Shown here in pieces: positions 34,482-45,463 of a DNA stretch of 64,000 bases. The DNA lies in NCBI GenBank assembly GCA_900769175.1, contig CAAGFP010000108.1, forward strand, positions 1,107-65,106, read 5' to 3'. Numbering within the stretch: position 1 is the first letter of the stretch; each line of letters opens with the position of its first letter. Both the position numbers and the translations under genes were made by a program. The notes under the pieces are model-generated. The model searched no databases, was not told the DNA's origin, and saw nothing but the letters and a program-made list of their open reading frames with translations. The stretch comes from Lachnospiraceae bacterium (GTDB lineage: Bacteria; Bacillota; Clostridia; Lachnospirales; Lachnospiraceae).

Positions 34482-37400
34482 TTATTCTGTTACTTCCCCG
34501 TCACCTGTTTCTTCACTCGCTTCCTCGGAAACTTTCTCAGAAACTTCCTCAGTTGCTTCTTCTGAAACTTCTTCAGATACTTCTTCGGCAGTTTCGTCTG
34601 CAACTGCGTCTTCAACTGTTTCTGTATTCTGAGCACCTTCTTCGGTTGCTCCACTTACAAGGAAAAGAACGGAGTACTTTAATTCAACCGTCTTATCTCC
34701 AATCGTATAGACAACTGTAATCTCAATTGTCTGACCTGCAAGCTGTGCAATCTTTTCAGCTCCCAGATATCCATCTACATAATCTCCAACCTGACCCTTT
34801 GTAGGAACGCCGGAAATTGTCTTGATTCCACCTTCAGAAGAGAAGGTTACTTCTTTTGCTTTCAGTGTATCCGTTGCACCAATTACAGCCTGCATTGCCT
34901 CGTAAATGCCGGTATCCTTTAAGCTGAGTACATCATTTCCGGCCAACTTACCGTTTAAGGTAATCTCCATTGCATTCTTTGCACTGTCATAGGTGATTCC
35001 GTCAACATAGTCAGTCTCGCCAAGATTAAATGCTTCAACCTGAGCATCGATTTCTTCATCAATTGCATGGGTATCCACTTCGAAATGGATTTCATACTGA
35101 ATGCTCTTGGTCTTATTCGTATCAAGGTAAACCTGTACGTAAGCTTTCTTTCCTACCAGAATGCCAAGTTCATCATCAAGCTTAACGTTCAATGCTTTCG
35201 CAAGGGTTAATTCACTGACTTTCTCAGCTTCAATTTCGGTTACTGCTTCAAGGTTATCAATTACAACCTGTTTTGCATTTGCTTTGTCAATAACACTCTT
35301 AATGGATTCAATGATACCGGTTCCGCTCAGTTCTCCGGCTTTTTTGCTCATATCGGAAATTCCGACTGTCAATACTTTGTTCTGTGCATCATAAATACCA
35401 TAACTGAATCCTTCGGTTTCATAATTCACATCATTCAATGCATCTTCAAGCAAGGTATCATAATATGCATTTCTTGCATCTGCGGACTGCATGAAAGTAA
35501 ACTTGTAATTAAAGTAGATTAAGTCTTCATCCTTGACGCCTTCCAGAGGAATCTGTGAATCCAGATACATTCCAACCTCTACATCTACAGTCGTTCCGGG
35601 CAGTGCACCAAGCTGCTTAACATTATTTTCGTTTAGTTTATTCATGATCTTGTCACAAATATCATTAATAGCCTGGTCAAGGTCTTTTTGTTCATTTCTG
35701 TTAAAGGAATATCCTTCTTCAATAACGCCATCTACTCTGACATTTGCACGATATGCTTCATCGAAGATGGTCTTTAAAGAAGCCGTAATGGTTTCTCTCA
35801 TAATACTGTCGGTCTCTTCAATGTATGCATATTCATCAAAGATGTCTACAACGACTTCGTTTGTATCTGCATTGTAATTCACTGCATTGATACCTGTTTC
35901 TGCTTTGTCAAAGTCTAAAGCAGCAAGTTCAACATTGATTCTTTCATCGATCATGGAATCATATTTTGAGAAATCCATATCGAAAATAACGGATAAATAA
36001 GTATTATACTCAATTTCGTCATATCCGTCTTTGCGATCCCAGCTTGCAATATCAACAAAGAAATATTCTCCTGCCCAGTCAATCGCTTCTTTCTTATCTC
36101 CGATAAGAATCTTGGCTGCTTCTTTTTTGTTAGCAACAACATCTTTTAATTCAAGCGTCCGTTCTTCTTCTCCAACACGATAGAGATTGTAAGTTCCGTC
36201 TTCTTTATATACTTCCCAGAAATCAACCCCGTTATTAAAGTGCAACTTGGAATCTGTAGGAAGTTCTTTCAGAAGAATTTCAACAAGGTTCTCATAAACG
36301 GTTCTGAGATCTTCTCTGATATCCTTTGTATTATCGGTGTTCATGTATGCATCGTTAATACGAATGATTAATTCACGATTCTTAACATTATAAGAAGGTG
36401 TAACACCGGTCCAGCTGTAATCTTCAGCCTTTACTGCATATTCGATGTTTTTGCTAATCGAATCTTCATATTCCTTCCGGGTCTTGTTCACAACACGCAC
36501 AGGAACTTTAATGATACTGTCACCGCTTGTTGCCTGAATTGTTGTCTCTCCGGCCTTCTTAGCAGTAATCATTCCTTTACTGTCTACGGTTGCAACAGAT
36601 GTATTTAAGGATTTATAGGTAACCTTAAGTCCCAAAGGCACAAAAGCTGACACAGAAACCTTTTCACCACGAATTAATGAAAGTCCGGACAGGATTGTTC
36701 CTTCTGCCAAAGGCTGAACAACTGTTACATCATATCTTTCTACATAACCATCGGAAGTTGTAACTGTAAGAACACCTTCTGTTGCAGAATCGGGACGACT
36801 TGCCTTACTGGTAAATTTCCTTGTTGCAGGATCAAAGGTAACCTCTGTTCCTTCTGCAGGAGCAAAGCTGTAGCTCATCGTAACCTTTGATAAGTAATCA
36901 TTCTTCTTTGTTTTATTGTTGTAAGGACCATAAGCCTTTGCGTTTACGACTGCATCAGAATTTGCATTCAAAAAGATTGTATTTCCGCCGACACCGTCGA
37001 TTCCAATGAATTCAGTCTTCTGAACAACCTTAATCTTTATGCTTGCGGATTTGTTGCTTCCGTCAAGTGCTTTCACGGTAACCGTTGCATTTCCTTCCCC
37101 TTGTGCCCAGGCCACAACAGATTCTCCCATACTTCCGACTGCTAAGACGGAAGGGTTGCTGGACTTCACTGAATAGAATGTATTAACAGGAGCTCCGTTT
37201 GCATCGGTTGCCTTGCATTCAATATTGATTGTCTCATAGTCATTGAGTAACAATTCGGTCTTTTCCGGAACAAGGCTTAAATTCTTTACGGCATTACGAA
37301 CGGAAATACCTACAAAAGTCTGTACGGAACCATCTGTGTTTGAAATGGAAACACATGCATTACCGGGCTTTAATCCCTTAACAGCACCGCTTTTTGAAAC

Positions 37401-38588
37401 AGAAATGACATCCGTTCCGTCTACTACTTCGTATACAAGTTTCTTATCCGTAACAGCTTTATCAACCTTTGCATTTAACTTAACGGTCTTTCCGGTAAGA
37501 ATTTCCATGTAACCGTTTACAAGAATCCGTTCAAGCTTGGTCGTAACTTTTACGGGAATCTTTACAGTCTTAACCGTGTTTCCTTCTTTGGAAGAAACAA
37601 CAATGTTGGTGGATCCGTTTCCGACACCGGTAACCTTACCTGTCTGGTCAACCACTGCAACCGAAGTCTTTTCGGATTTAAATTTCACGCCGTCAATTAC
37701 GACTCCTTTATCGTCACGTGCGATAGCCTTAATCGAAACGGTATGATTATCGGCAGTTGCATTGGTTACAAGATTCAATGCATCGTATTTGTTCTTTGCA
37801 TTCTTCTTGGGACTAACCACTTCAACACTCTTAACGGTTGCATCGGATACAACCACTTTCACATATGCGGTATATCCTACTTTGTCTTTTCCTTTTACCT
37901 GGTCAGCAGCCTGAACCTTAATGGTTGCAACACCGTTGTTTACGCCTTTCACAACACCGGAGCCATTTACGGTAACAATCTTGGTTTTTCCGGTTACCGG
38001 AATCAATTTTCCTTCTTCGTTGTAAACCTTCTGGTTTTCTACTGTATAGTAAAGCTTCTTGTTGGATGCATTCGCATTTACGGTTGCCGCAAGCGAAAGA
38101 CTTCCTTTTTTGGCAACGTTAAGCTTTGCATCTTCTACGTCACTGCCAAAGGTAATTTCATCTACCAATGACTTTACTGTAACTTTGATTTTACAGGTTT
38201 TCTTGGGATTGGTTTTATCTGCAAGAATAACTTCGGTTTTTCCGTTTTCAGAACCTGCAGTAATCACAATTCCGTTTTCCGTTTTATTTACGGTAGCGAC
38301 TGCACGATTCTTAGATGATACAGTATAACCCGCACCGCTCTGGGCCTGCACATCATAAGTAACAGCCTGTACGACCAACTCTTTACTCTGAAGATATGCT
38401 GTATTGTTATCCCCATTTGTATAAAGAGTCAGACTGGATACTGACTTAAATTTACCGGCAGCATCCAAGATTCCCGCCTTCAATACCTTCAAGTTATTTC
38501 CGGTTGCAGCGAATGCAGCAAGAGGCAATAACATAGTAGTAACAAGGACGGCAATCATGAGAATCAGATTTCTGAACTGTTTTCTCAT
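34482..38588 (-). CDS. large cell-surface protein with multiple bacterial Ig-like (Big_2) domains and acidic C-terminal tail
   Basis: 1368 aa from the AAGGAGG-supported start MRKQFRNL. A signal peptide is present. There are repeated ~90-aa Big_2-like modules (e.g. 'VSVSKSGAVKGLKPGNACVSI', 'ATVDSKGMITAKKAGETTIQA'). The C-terminus is '(E/V)SEE' repeats. No LPXTG motif. Confidence 0.7.
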   Translation of the reverse strand: MRKQFRNLILMIAVLVTTMLLPLAAFAATGNNLKVLKAGILDAAGKFKSVSSLTLYTNGDNNTAYLQSKELVVQAVTYDVQAQSGAGYTVSSKNRAVATVNKTENGIVITAGSENGKTEVILADKTNPKKTCKIKVTVKSLVDEITFGSDVEDAKLNVAKKGSLSLAATVNANASNKKLYYTVENQKVYNEEGKLIPVTGKTKIVTVNGSGVVKGVNNGVATIKVQAADQVKGKDKVGYTAYVKVVVSDATVKSVEVVSPKKNAKNKYDALNLVTNATADNHTVSIKAIARDDKGVVIDGVKFKSEKTSVAVVDQTGKVTGVGNGSTNIVVSSKEGNTVKTVKIPVKVTTKLERILVNGYMEILTGKTVKLNAKVDKAVTDKKLVYEVVDGTDVISVSKSGAVKGLKPGNACVSISNTDGSVQTFVGISVRNAVKNLSLVPEKTELLLNDYETINIECKATDANGAPVNTFYSVKSSNPSVLAVGSMGESVVAWAQGEGNATVTVKALDGSNKSASIKIKVVQKTEFIGIDGVGGNTIFLNANSDAVVNAKAYGPYNNKTKKNDYLSKVTMSYSFAPAEGTEVTFDPATRKFTSKASRPDSATEGVLTVTTSDGYVERYDVTVVQPLAEGTILSGLSLIRGEKVSVSAFVPLGLKVTYKSLNTSVATVDSKGMITAKKAGETTIQATSGDSIIKVPVRVVNKTRKEYEDSISKNIEYAVKAEDYSWTGVTPSYNVKNRELIIRINDAYMNTDNTKDIREDLRTVYENLVEILLKELPTDSKLHFNNGVDFWEVYKEDGTYNLYRVGEEERTLELKDVVANKKEAAKILIGDKKEAIDWAGEYFFVDIASWDRKDGYDEIEYNTYLSVIFDMDFSKYDSMIDERINVELAALDFDKAETGINAVNYNADTNEVVVDIFDEYAYIEETDSIMRETITASLKTIFDEAYRANVRVDGVIEEGYSFNRNEQKDLDQAINDICDKIMNKLNENNVKQLGALPGTTVDVEVGMYLDSQIPLEGVKDEDLIYFNYKFTFMQSADARNAYYDTLLEDALNDVNYETEGFSYGIYDAQNKVLTVGISDMSKKAGELSGTGIIESIKSVIDKANAKQVVIDNLEAVTEIEAEKVSELTLAKALNVKLDDELGILVGKKAYVQVYLDTNKTKSIQYEIHFEVDTHAIDEEIDAQVEAFNLGETDYVDGITYDSAKNAMEITLNGKLAGNDVLSLKDTGIYEAMQAVIGATDTLKAKEVTFSSEGGIKTISGVPTKGQVGDYVDGYLGAEKIAQLAGQTIEITVVYTIGDKTVELKYSVLFLVSGATEEGAQNTETVEDAVADETAEEVSEEVSEEATEEVSEKVSEEASEETGDGEVTE

Positions 38589-38661
38589 TTTTCTCCTCCT
38601 TTTAATAATAAATAATCTATCAATAAGCAGAGTGCATTGCACCTCCACTGCCTATCCGTAA

Positions 38662-40110
38662 TTACATTGCACCGTTTCTGGTCAGGACGACCTTAACCGT
38701 CTTTATCATAATACCAATATCCAGATACGGTGTCCAGTTATTTATGTATTTCATATCCTGTTTTACCACATCTTCGAAATCGGTAATGGTGCTTCTTCCG
38801 TTTACCTGCCACATTCCGGTAATACCCGGCTTTGTCGCAAGCCTTGCCCGATGCCAGGGCTTATACTGCTCATATTCTTCCACCGTAGGCGGTCTTGTCC
38901 CTACGATCGACATGGAGCCGAACAATACATTAATAAATTGCGGAAATTCGTCCAGACTGAAATCCCGAATCAGGTTCCCGACGCCCTTGCGGTATTTCCC
39001 GTTCGGAAGAATTTTACTTCCGATAATTCTCGGGTCTTCTTTTAATTTAAACATGAGACTGCTGTCCATGGCATTACGGCTCATCAGCTCTTTTTTCCGC
39101 TCCTCCGCATCCTTATACATGGTGCGGAATTTATATACCTTAAAGAGTTTTCCGTTCTTCCCGACACGAACCTGCGAAAAGAATATCGGACCGGGATCAC
39201 TTATGAAAATAACCGGACCCAGAATCACGGTCAGTAAAATGGTAATGACAGTTCCGACCAGGCCTCCCGCAATATCCATGCATCTTTTTATAACCGCCTG
39301 TTCAGCAGTAATTGCATTCAGGGTAGTCGTTACAACGGTATATTCTCCAATCCGGTTTACAAACTGGTCAAGTCCGTCATTTTCGATTCTTTGCATCAAA
39401 ACATTATGAACGGTAACACCCATTTCTCTGAGTGCAGAGGTAAAGCCGGTCGCTTCTTTTACACCATTCGGCAGAACAATCATCACTTCGTCAACCCAGG
39501 TGTGGCACATGTATTCAAGTGCCGTTTCCTCATCTCCGATTACAGGAACGCCGTTCACCTCTTTGGGCAGATTCTTTGCCGGAATCACAAGTCCTTTGAT
39601 TTCATAATGGTCAAGGTTCCCGGAAAGCGCTTTTTCCAATGCCTCCCCTGCCATATCCAAAGTTGTATAAATAAAAAGAGAGCGGGAATTGATTTTTTTC
39701 TCCCTTTTGATTAAGTAATGTTTAAAAGCCTGTCTTAGTAAATAGGATAAGAACAGGTACAAAACCACCCAGATAAAAATAACCTGTCTGGAATAGTCAT
39801 AAGAAACATGTGCCGTAAATAATAGAAAGCAAAGCGATACGGTAACCAGTGATACGTGTTTTACGGTTGCAATTGCCTCTCTTCTCCAGCCTCTTTTTAA
39901 TACATTCTTAAAAGAATTCACCATTGCGCTGATTCCGAGATCACAGATAAAAAGCATAATATAAAGAATCGCCCAATCTGAACTAATCATCAGTTCCCAA
40001 TCGCGGAAACGGATGAAATGCGAAATGGCAAATGCAGTAAACAGGCAGATTTCATCCAGGAACACGAAATCAATATGCTTAATCCATCCTTCCCATCTCT
40101 TTCGATACAT
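38662..40110 (-). CDS. undecaprenyl-phosphate sugar phosphotransferase (CpsE/WbaP-type priming glycosyltransferase)
   Basis: N-terminal TM helices plus the C-terminal Bac_transf domain ('PGITGMWQVNGRSTITDFEDVVKQDMKYI'). Confidence 0.85.
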   Translation of the reverse strand: MYRKRWEGWIKHIDFVFLDEICLFTAFAISHFIRFRDWELMISSDWAILYIMLFICDLGISAMVNSFKNVLKRGWRREAIATVKHVSLVTVSLCFLLFTAHVSYDYSRQVIFIWVVLYLFLSYLLRQAFKHYLIKREKKINSRSLFIYTTLDMAGEALEKALSGNLDHYEIKGLVIPAKNLPKEVNGVPVIGDEETALEYMCHTWVDEVMIVLPNGVKEATGFTSALREMGVTVHNVLMQRIENDGLDQFVNRIGEYTVVTTTLNAITAEQAVIKRCMDIAGGLVGTVITILLTVILGPVIFISDPGPIFFSQVRVGKNGKLFKVYKFRTMYKDAEERKKELMSRNAMDSSLMFKLKEDPRIIGSKILPNGKYRKGVGNLIRDFSLDEFPQFINVLFGSMSIVGTRPPTVEEYEQYKPWHRARLATKPGITGMWQVNGRSTITDFEDVVKQDMKYINNWTPYLDIGIMIKTVKVVLTRNGAM

Positions 40111-40235
40111 GATAAACTCCTTTGTACTTTACTGTTTCTAAAGTCACAAGTAAACCATAGCACAGCAAAAAAGGAAAAACAAGGCGTATTATCTCACAAA
40201 AAAATGGTCTTATCTCATCATTTTTTGAAATAGTA

Positions 40236-42161
40236 TTACAAATTTGTAGTTGAATTATGCTTTTCGTTCACTTCAATTAATGCTCCGGTCAAAAACGGCA
40301 GCGTGAAAAGGATCGGAAATGCATATCTTGGGTGCAGCAGGCAGGCAGGCGATGCCACGCACACCAAAAGACTCATATATAATGGTAATAAGAAGATCAT
40401 CCATTTCCCGAAGCGCTTCTTTTGAAACAGATACATCGAAAGAAGCACAAGCCACCAGGTATATACGCCGACATTTTGAAGCATCCCGAGAACGGGAATG
40501 CCGTTCATGACTGCAAACCAGTTCTGAACAAGCGGTTTTGTATCTCCCCATCTTGGCGGATAAAATAAATCCGACATTCCGTCATAGCGAATTGCATTAT
40601 CCAATCCGACATCAAACCAGCCATAACATAAATTAAAAAAGGCATCGAAATACGGACCGGGATGTCTGAAAAACAGGCGGACCCAGACCTTTAAATATTC
40701 CATAATATCTTTTGTTGTGGCCGTTTCCACGAACTGACGTTTTAACGGGTCTGAAATATTCGGGTCATAGATTGTACCCAGTTCCTCTCTGCCGGTTAAA
40801 ACCTTATCAATCGCCTCCCATTCGGAATCGGTAATATCGTAATCATAGGATTTAATATAGCGTGCCGTTTGCTGAAACGGGATGGACAACACTTCTTTTC
40901 CGTTGTAAGTATCAGCATGTAAGGTCACGGTTAAAGTTTTATCCAAAGCGAAAAATAACGCAATCGGAAGTAAAACATAAATTCCTGCCGCCAAAAAACT
41001 GCGGCGCAGCGTTTTCATTTTATCCGGATTCTCTTTACGCGTTTTGAAATAACGAATTGCAAGGTAAACAATCAGTCCAAAGCCGGTCGACGCCACCACA
41101 ATCAGGCCATTATTTCGAAACATCATAACCAAAACCGCGAAAATCACGCAGGGGGCTGCGGTATATGGCTTAATTTGCGCATGGTCTTTATATAGGAAGA
41201 GAACCATCATAATAAAATATAATAAAATCCAGGTGTTAAACAGACTGTCTTTGATTGTCATGGTAGCGAAATTCGAATAAAACGGCGCAAAGCAGTAAAT
41301 AAGCAAAAGAAGGAGCAGATACCCTTTTTTTGTCTTCATTTTATTTAAAACTGCAATACTGAGTCCCAAAGCATGCGCCATAATAACACTTTGCACCAGA
41401 ATCTGCAAAAAAAGCCCGCGGTTATAAGAACCCAGAATATTTTTTCCGACTTTCATAAAAAAGCCCAAAAACAGAGTATGAAGCAACGGGTGCCCTGTAT
41501 TGAAGCGATTCATTCCGAGTGCCTGAGAAATCTGATAAGAAGCATCACCGCAGCAGCCTCCGGGATATGAAATCAAAAGAATCGGAAGCCATGATAAATA
41601 AATCAGTCCCGACATTACCGGCAGGCAGTATTTTCCGAATAAAATTCGATCAAGCGTCAATACAAACTTCCGACCTGCACTGATTTTATCATTCATTTCG
41701 ACTTTACTTCCATCTGCGGTTTCCGCTTTACTGACATCCACAGTTTCAGGTTTTCCTTCATCCGTCTGTTTTAATGTGCCTGACACTCGTAAAGCAGACA
41801 GCCATTTAAACCCTTCCATCACAAGCACAAATAAATGAAAGAAAAAAATCATAAGGCCTGTAAAGCAGATAAAAAACCATACAATCCGAAGCTTTGAGCC
41901 CCACAACAGCGAGGAGGTATTCGTCCTATAGTACGTTTCCCCAAGCAGACGAAAAAGAGAAGCCAGACCGGCAGGAATCAAAAGAACGGTATCCTTTTTC
42001 CCAACCCGCTTCCCAATCATTGAATAAAATATGCATAGCGTTGCAATCCATATAATGGTTTCAAAATTATACTTTCCCGGAATTTCCATTAAATCCGTAG
42101 TAAGCGCAACAGCCGACAACAGTGACATCGCACCTGTTAATAGAAATCTTTTCACAATCAT
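40236..42161 (-). CDS. large polytopic membrane protein (DUF6020/YfhO-like; possible polysaccharide polymerase or glycosyltransferase)
   Basis: 641 aa with more than 10 predicted TM helices. It lies directly upstream of the priming transferase. Family assignment is a guess. Confidence 0.35.
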   Translation of the reverse strand: MIVKRFLLTGAMSLLSAVALTTDLMEIPGKYNFETIIWIATLCIFYSMIGKRVGKKDTVLLIPAGLASLFRLLGETYYRTNTSSLLWGSKLRIVWFFICFTGLMIFFFHLFVLVMEGFKWLSALRVSGTLKQTDEGKPETVDVSKAETADGSKVEMNDKISAGRKFVLTLDRILFGKYCLPVMSGLIYLSWLPILLISYPGGCCGDASYQISQALGMNRFNTGHPLLHTLFLGFFMKVGKNILGSYNRGLFLQILVQSVIMAHALGLSIAVLNKMKTKKGYLLLLLLIYCFAPFYSNFATMTIKDSLFNTWILLYFIMMVLFLYKDHAQIKPYTAAPCVIFAVLVMMFRNNGLIVVASTGFGLIVYLAIRYFKTRKENPDKMKTLRRSFLAAGIYVLLPIALFFALDKTLTVTLHADTYNGKEVLSIPFQQTARYIKSYDYDITDSEWEAIDKVLTGREELGTIYDPNISDPLKRQFVETATTKDIMEYLKVWVRLFFRHPGPYFDAFFNLCYGWFDVGLDNAIRYDGMSDLFYPPRWGDTKPLVQNWFAVMNGIPVLGMLQNVGVYTWWLVLLSMYLFQKKRFGKWMIFLLPLYMSLLVCVASPACLLHPRYAFPILFTLPFLTGALIEVNEKHNSTTNL

Positions 42162-42229
42162 ATTCCTTCTTGATATTCTTTTCCGATAATCCGTTTTCCC
42201 GTTTGAGCAACTGTATTCCGCTTTCCCTG

Positions 42230-43105
42230 TTACTGCTTTTCGCTATCTGTTTTTGCCTTTCTGTCATTTTTTGCAGGTAACACATTCGATAATAAAAGCA
42301 GGGGAATGGCAAGAAACACAGCACCTCCCAAAATATTACCGATTGTAACAGGCAAAAGATTTCCGATCAAAAAGTTTTTCACAGACAACTGTTCCAAAGC
42401 CTTTGGCGATATCTGATACTGTAAGATAGCAGCATTTACATATTCCGGATTACATTTACAAAGCAGTCCTGCGGAAATGTAATACATATTCGCCACACAA
42501 TGTTCGAATCCCGAGGTTACAAACGCAAAGATAACAAAAAAGGAAGAAAGAAGCTTCCCTGCAACATCTTTTGCACACATTGCCAGCAAAACAGCTGCGC
42601 AGACTAAAATATTACATAGAATCCCGGAACAGACTCCCCTTGAAAACGGGATGGTCGCTTTTGCAAGAGCCACTTTTATCGTATAAGCGCCAAGCAGATT
42701 GCCGGAATAATCAAACTGACCGGAGAAATAAGTCAGTGCTGCAATCATAAATCCACCGATGAAATTGCCGATAAAAACCTCTGCAAGAAACTCGATACAT
42801 CTAAGCAGACGAAGTTTTTTGGGTATCAGTCCCGCTATCATCATACAGTCGCCTGTAAACAATTCGGCACCCAGTAAAATCACCATCATTAGTCCGACCG
42901 GGAATACAATTCCTGCCGTCATTCTTGCAACCGAAACATTGGAAATGCTGTGAGAAGCGACATTGCTGGCTGCTGCCCCAATGGCAATCATCGCACCTGC
43001 CATAATCGCTTTCCCGAAGGTTACCATTCTTTTTGCTTCTGTTTTCTTCGGAATCGTCTCCATATACATATTCATGGTTTCCGTTACTGTATTAAATCCA
43101 CTCAT
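42230..43105 (-). CDS. formate/nitrite transporter (FNT) family channel
   Basis: 'GAELFTGDCMM' and 'FVTSGFEHCVANMY' are FNT signature regions. Start set at MSGF, preceded by a GGAG RBS. The longer ORF runs into the upstream repeat element. Confidence 0.8.
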   Translation of the reverse strand: MSGFNTVTETMNMYMETIPKKTEAKRMVTFGKAIMAGAMIAIGAAASNVASHSISNVSVARMTAGIVFPVGLMMVILLGAELFTGDCMMIAGLIPKKLRLLRCIEFLAEVFIGNFIGGFMIAALTYFSGQFDYSGNLLGAYTIKVALAKATIPFSRGVCSGILCNILVCAAVLLAMCAKDVAGKLLSSFFVIFAFVTSGFEHCVANMYYISAGLLCKCNPEYVNAAILQYQISPKALEQLSVKNFLIGNLLPVTIGNILGGAVFLAIPLLLLSNVLPAKNDRKAKTDSEKQ

Positions 43106-43127
43106 CTTTTTCTCCATTTTGTTTCTG

Positions 43128-43250
43128 TTCGACGCGCGTGCACATCCTTCGCGGAGCATTTTTTTCATCATCGGAAATACAAAAGAATTTTCGATGATGA
43201 AAAAAACACCCAGAAATATTATAATCTGAGTGTTTTTTTTCGTCAATTGT
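43128..43250. repeat. intergenic composite of terminator hairpin, a second 15-bp-arm hairpin and GC-rich 'box A' (43133-43158)
   Basis: 'cgcgcgtgcacatccttcgcggagc', then 'ttcatcatcggaaat...attttcgatgatgaa', then 'acacccagaaatattataatctgagtgt' plus a T8 run. Confidence 0.6.
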
Positions 43251-43342
43251 ATTTCTCCCGGTACAATGATATACCAGTTCTTTCATTCGTAAGCAACTCT
43301 TCTGATGCGAGAATATCATCCCCTGAAAAAGTACTTCTTCTG

Positions 43343-44665
43343 CTAGAACAATATCTCAATCGTAGTCCCGACATTTAATGCACTGTCCAAAAGAATGGAA
43401 GCATTGTGAATTTCTACAATGTGTTTAACGATTGCAAGCCCCAGTCCGGTTCCGCCACTTTTCTTCGAACGGCTCTTATCCACACGGTAGAAACGTTCAA
43501 AGACATGTTCCTGGTCATTTGCCGGAATTCCGATTCCGTTGTCTTTGACCAAAAGAACAGGGTGCTCCTTTTTCATCACACTGACCCAGACTCTTCCACC
43601 CGGATTATTGTAACGGATTGCGTTCTGAATCAGATTCTCTGCAAGCTCTTCAATCATCTGGCGGTTGCCGCGAATGATACAGGGCTCCCCTTCAAAAGCA
43701 ATGGAAACATCTGCCTGAGCTGCAGACAGCTCAAGATTCGCCGTGCATTCCTTTGCAATTTCACACAAATCAATTTCCGTAAATTCCAAAGCCGGTTCTT
43801 TCCGGTCAAGTTCCGATAATTTGATAATGTCGTTAATTAAGGCAAGCAGGCGATCCGCATTCTTCTGTATTTCCTGATAAAAATGCTTCTTATTCTCCTC
43901 TTCAACCATTCCACCGTCCAAAAGCTGGGCATATCCGGAAATAGCAGTCAGCGGAGTCTTTAATTCATGGGAAACATTTGCAGTGAAATCCTGCCTTGCT
44001 TTCGCAGCGGATAAAATATCCGTATGCTGTTTACGGATGGTCCGCGCAAACGGTTCCAGCTCTTTATACGGCACATTGACATCGGCATCTCCTATGTTTT
44101 CTGCCATCACTTCAATCGGACGGATTAACTGCTTGGTCAAAAGTCTTGAAAAACCGATGCAGATTCCGATAATTACCGCTATAATAAGCAGCACCGTCGG
44201 TGCTGTCGAGAAAAATACCGCCCACAGGCTTTCTGTCTGTGTCGCCACTCGAAGCACCGTCTGATTATCAAGCAAAATGGCATAATAGTATGTGTTTTTA
44301 TTCATGGTATCCGACTTACGGATTGCCTCTCCGGTTCCGGTTGCGAATGCACTCTGTATTTCCGGGCGGTCTAAGTGATTGCCAAGTGCATCCGGCGTAG
44401 TGTCATTATCATAAAGAACCGTTCCGTCCGAATCAATCCATGTCACACGAAGTTCCGTGATATCGGTTGATAAGTCAATTTTCTCCGTATCCGTCTGAAC
44501 CGATTCGAAATAATGCGTATCCTTTAACAGTTTCGCACTGATCATCAAATCATTATGGACCTGTTTCTGAAACAGACTGTAGTAAATAAATGTAATTCCG
44601 ACTACCGTTGACAGAATTGCCAGAATTGCAATTCCCGTCAGCTGCATATTAATTTTATTCTTCAT
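43343..44665 (-). CDS. sensor histidine kinase (PhoR-like)
   Basis: Two TM helices, a HisKA H-box 'SHELKTPLTAISGYAQLL', and an HATPase_c G-boxes ('GGTGLGLAIV'). Confidence 0.85.
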   Translation of the reverse strand: MKNKINMQLTGIAILAILSTVVGITFIYYSLFQKQVHNDLMISAKLLKDTHYFESVQTDTEKIDLSTDITELRVTWIDSDGTVLYDNDTTPDALGNHLDRPEIQSAFATGTGEAIRKSDTMNKNTYYYAILLDNQTVLRVATQTESLWAVFFSTAPTVLLIIAVIIGICIGFSRLLTKQLIRPIEVMAENIGDADVNVPYKELEPFARTIRKQHTDILSAAKARQDFTANVSHELKTPLTAISGYAQLLDGGMVEEENKKHFYQEIQKNADRLLALINDIIKLSELDRKEPALEFTEIDLCEIAKECTANLELSAAQADVSIAFEGEPCIIRGNRQMIEELAENLIQNAIRYNNPGGRVWVSVMKKEHPVLLVKDNGIGIPANDQEHVFERFYRVDKSRSKKSGGTGLGLAIVKHIVEIHNASILLDSALNVGTTIEILF

Positions 44666-44693
44666 TTTCCCCTCAACCTATCACAGCAGGGAC

Positions 44694-45362
44694 TTACTCC
44701 AATACATATCCGACATTGCGCACGGTACGGATTCTGCCCCCGTATTCCTTTAACTTCTGACGAAGCGTTTTAATATGCATATCAAGGGTTCTGGACTCCA
44801 CGCCGGCAGAATACCCCCAGATATGGTCCATAATAGCATCCCTTGTTAATACAACCCCCTGATTCATCATCAGATAGGATAAAAGCTCATATTCCTTAAA
44901 GGTTAATTCAACCGGAGCACCTGCAACATATACTTCATGCTTTTCATTGTTTAGTTTCAGTTCATCCAAAACCAGAAGCTTCTCTTCTTTTGGCTTCGCT
45001 CTTCGAAGCAGTGCCTTCACCCTCGTAATTAATTCCATCACCGAGAAAGGTTTCTTTATATAATCATCCGCACCGTCTTCCAATCCGCGTATCATGTCAA
45101 GCTCGGTCGTCTTTGCCGTTACCATGATAACGGGAATCCGTTTGGTATCCGGACGAAGCCTTAATTTTCTGACAATGTCATTCCCGCTTTCATCCGGCAG
45201 CATTAAGTCCACAAGACACAAATCCGGCAGAATTTCATCCAGTTTTTTATAAAATGATCTCGCATCCGGGAATCCGAGCACTTTGTGACCGGAATTCATC
45301 AAGGCAAATTCTTCAATTTCACGGATGCTTTCATCATCCTCTATTACATATATTAAAGCCAT
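44694..45362 (-). CDS. OmpR-family response regulator (PhoP/PhoB-like)
   Basis: Receiver domain 'DESIREIEEFAL...LCLVDLMLPDESG' plus a winged-helix C-terminus 'TVRNVGYVLE'. Confidence 0.9.
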   Translation of the reverse strand: MALIYVIEDDESIREIEEFALMNSGHKVLGFPDARSFYKKLDEILPDLCLVDLMLPDESGNDIVRKLRLRPDTKRIPVIMVTAKTTELDMIRGLEDGADDYIKKPFSVMELITRVKALLRRAKPKEEKLLVLDELKLNNEKHEVYVAGAPVELTFKEYELLSYLMMNQGVVLTRDAIMDHIWGYSAGVESRTLDMHIKTLRQKLKEYGGRIRTVRNVGYVLE

Positions 45363-45463
45363 AATTGTTCTCCCTTGCTACATTTTATCATTTTTTCGAT
45401 AAAACTGATATTTTTTGCGATTGTATTTTGCAGCAAATTTATTTTAGGGCAGATATTTTATAT

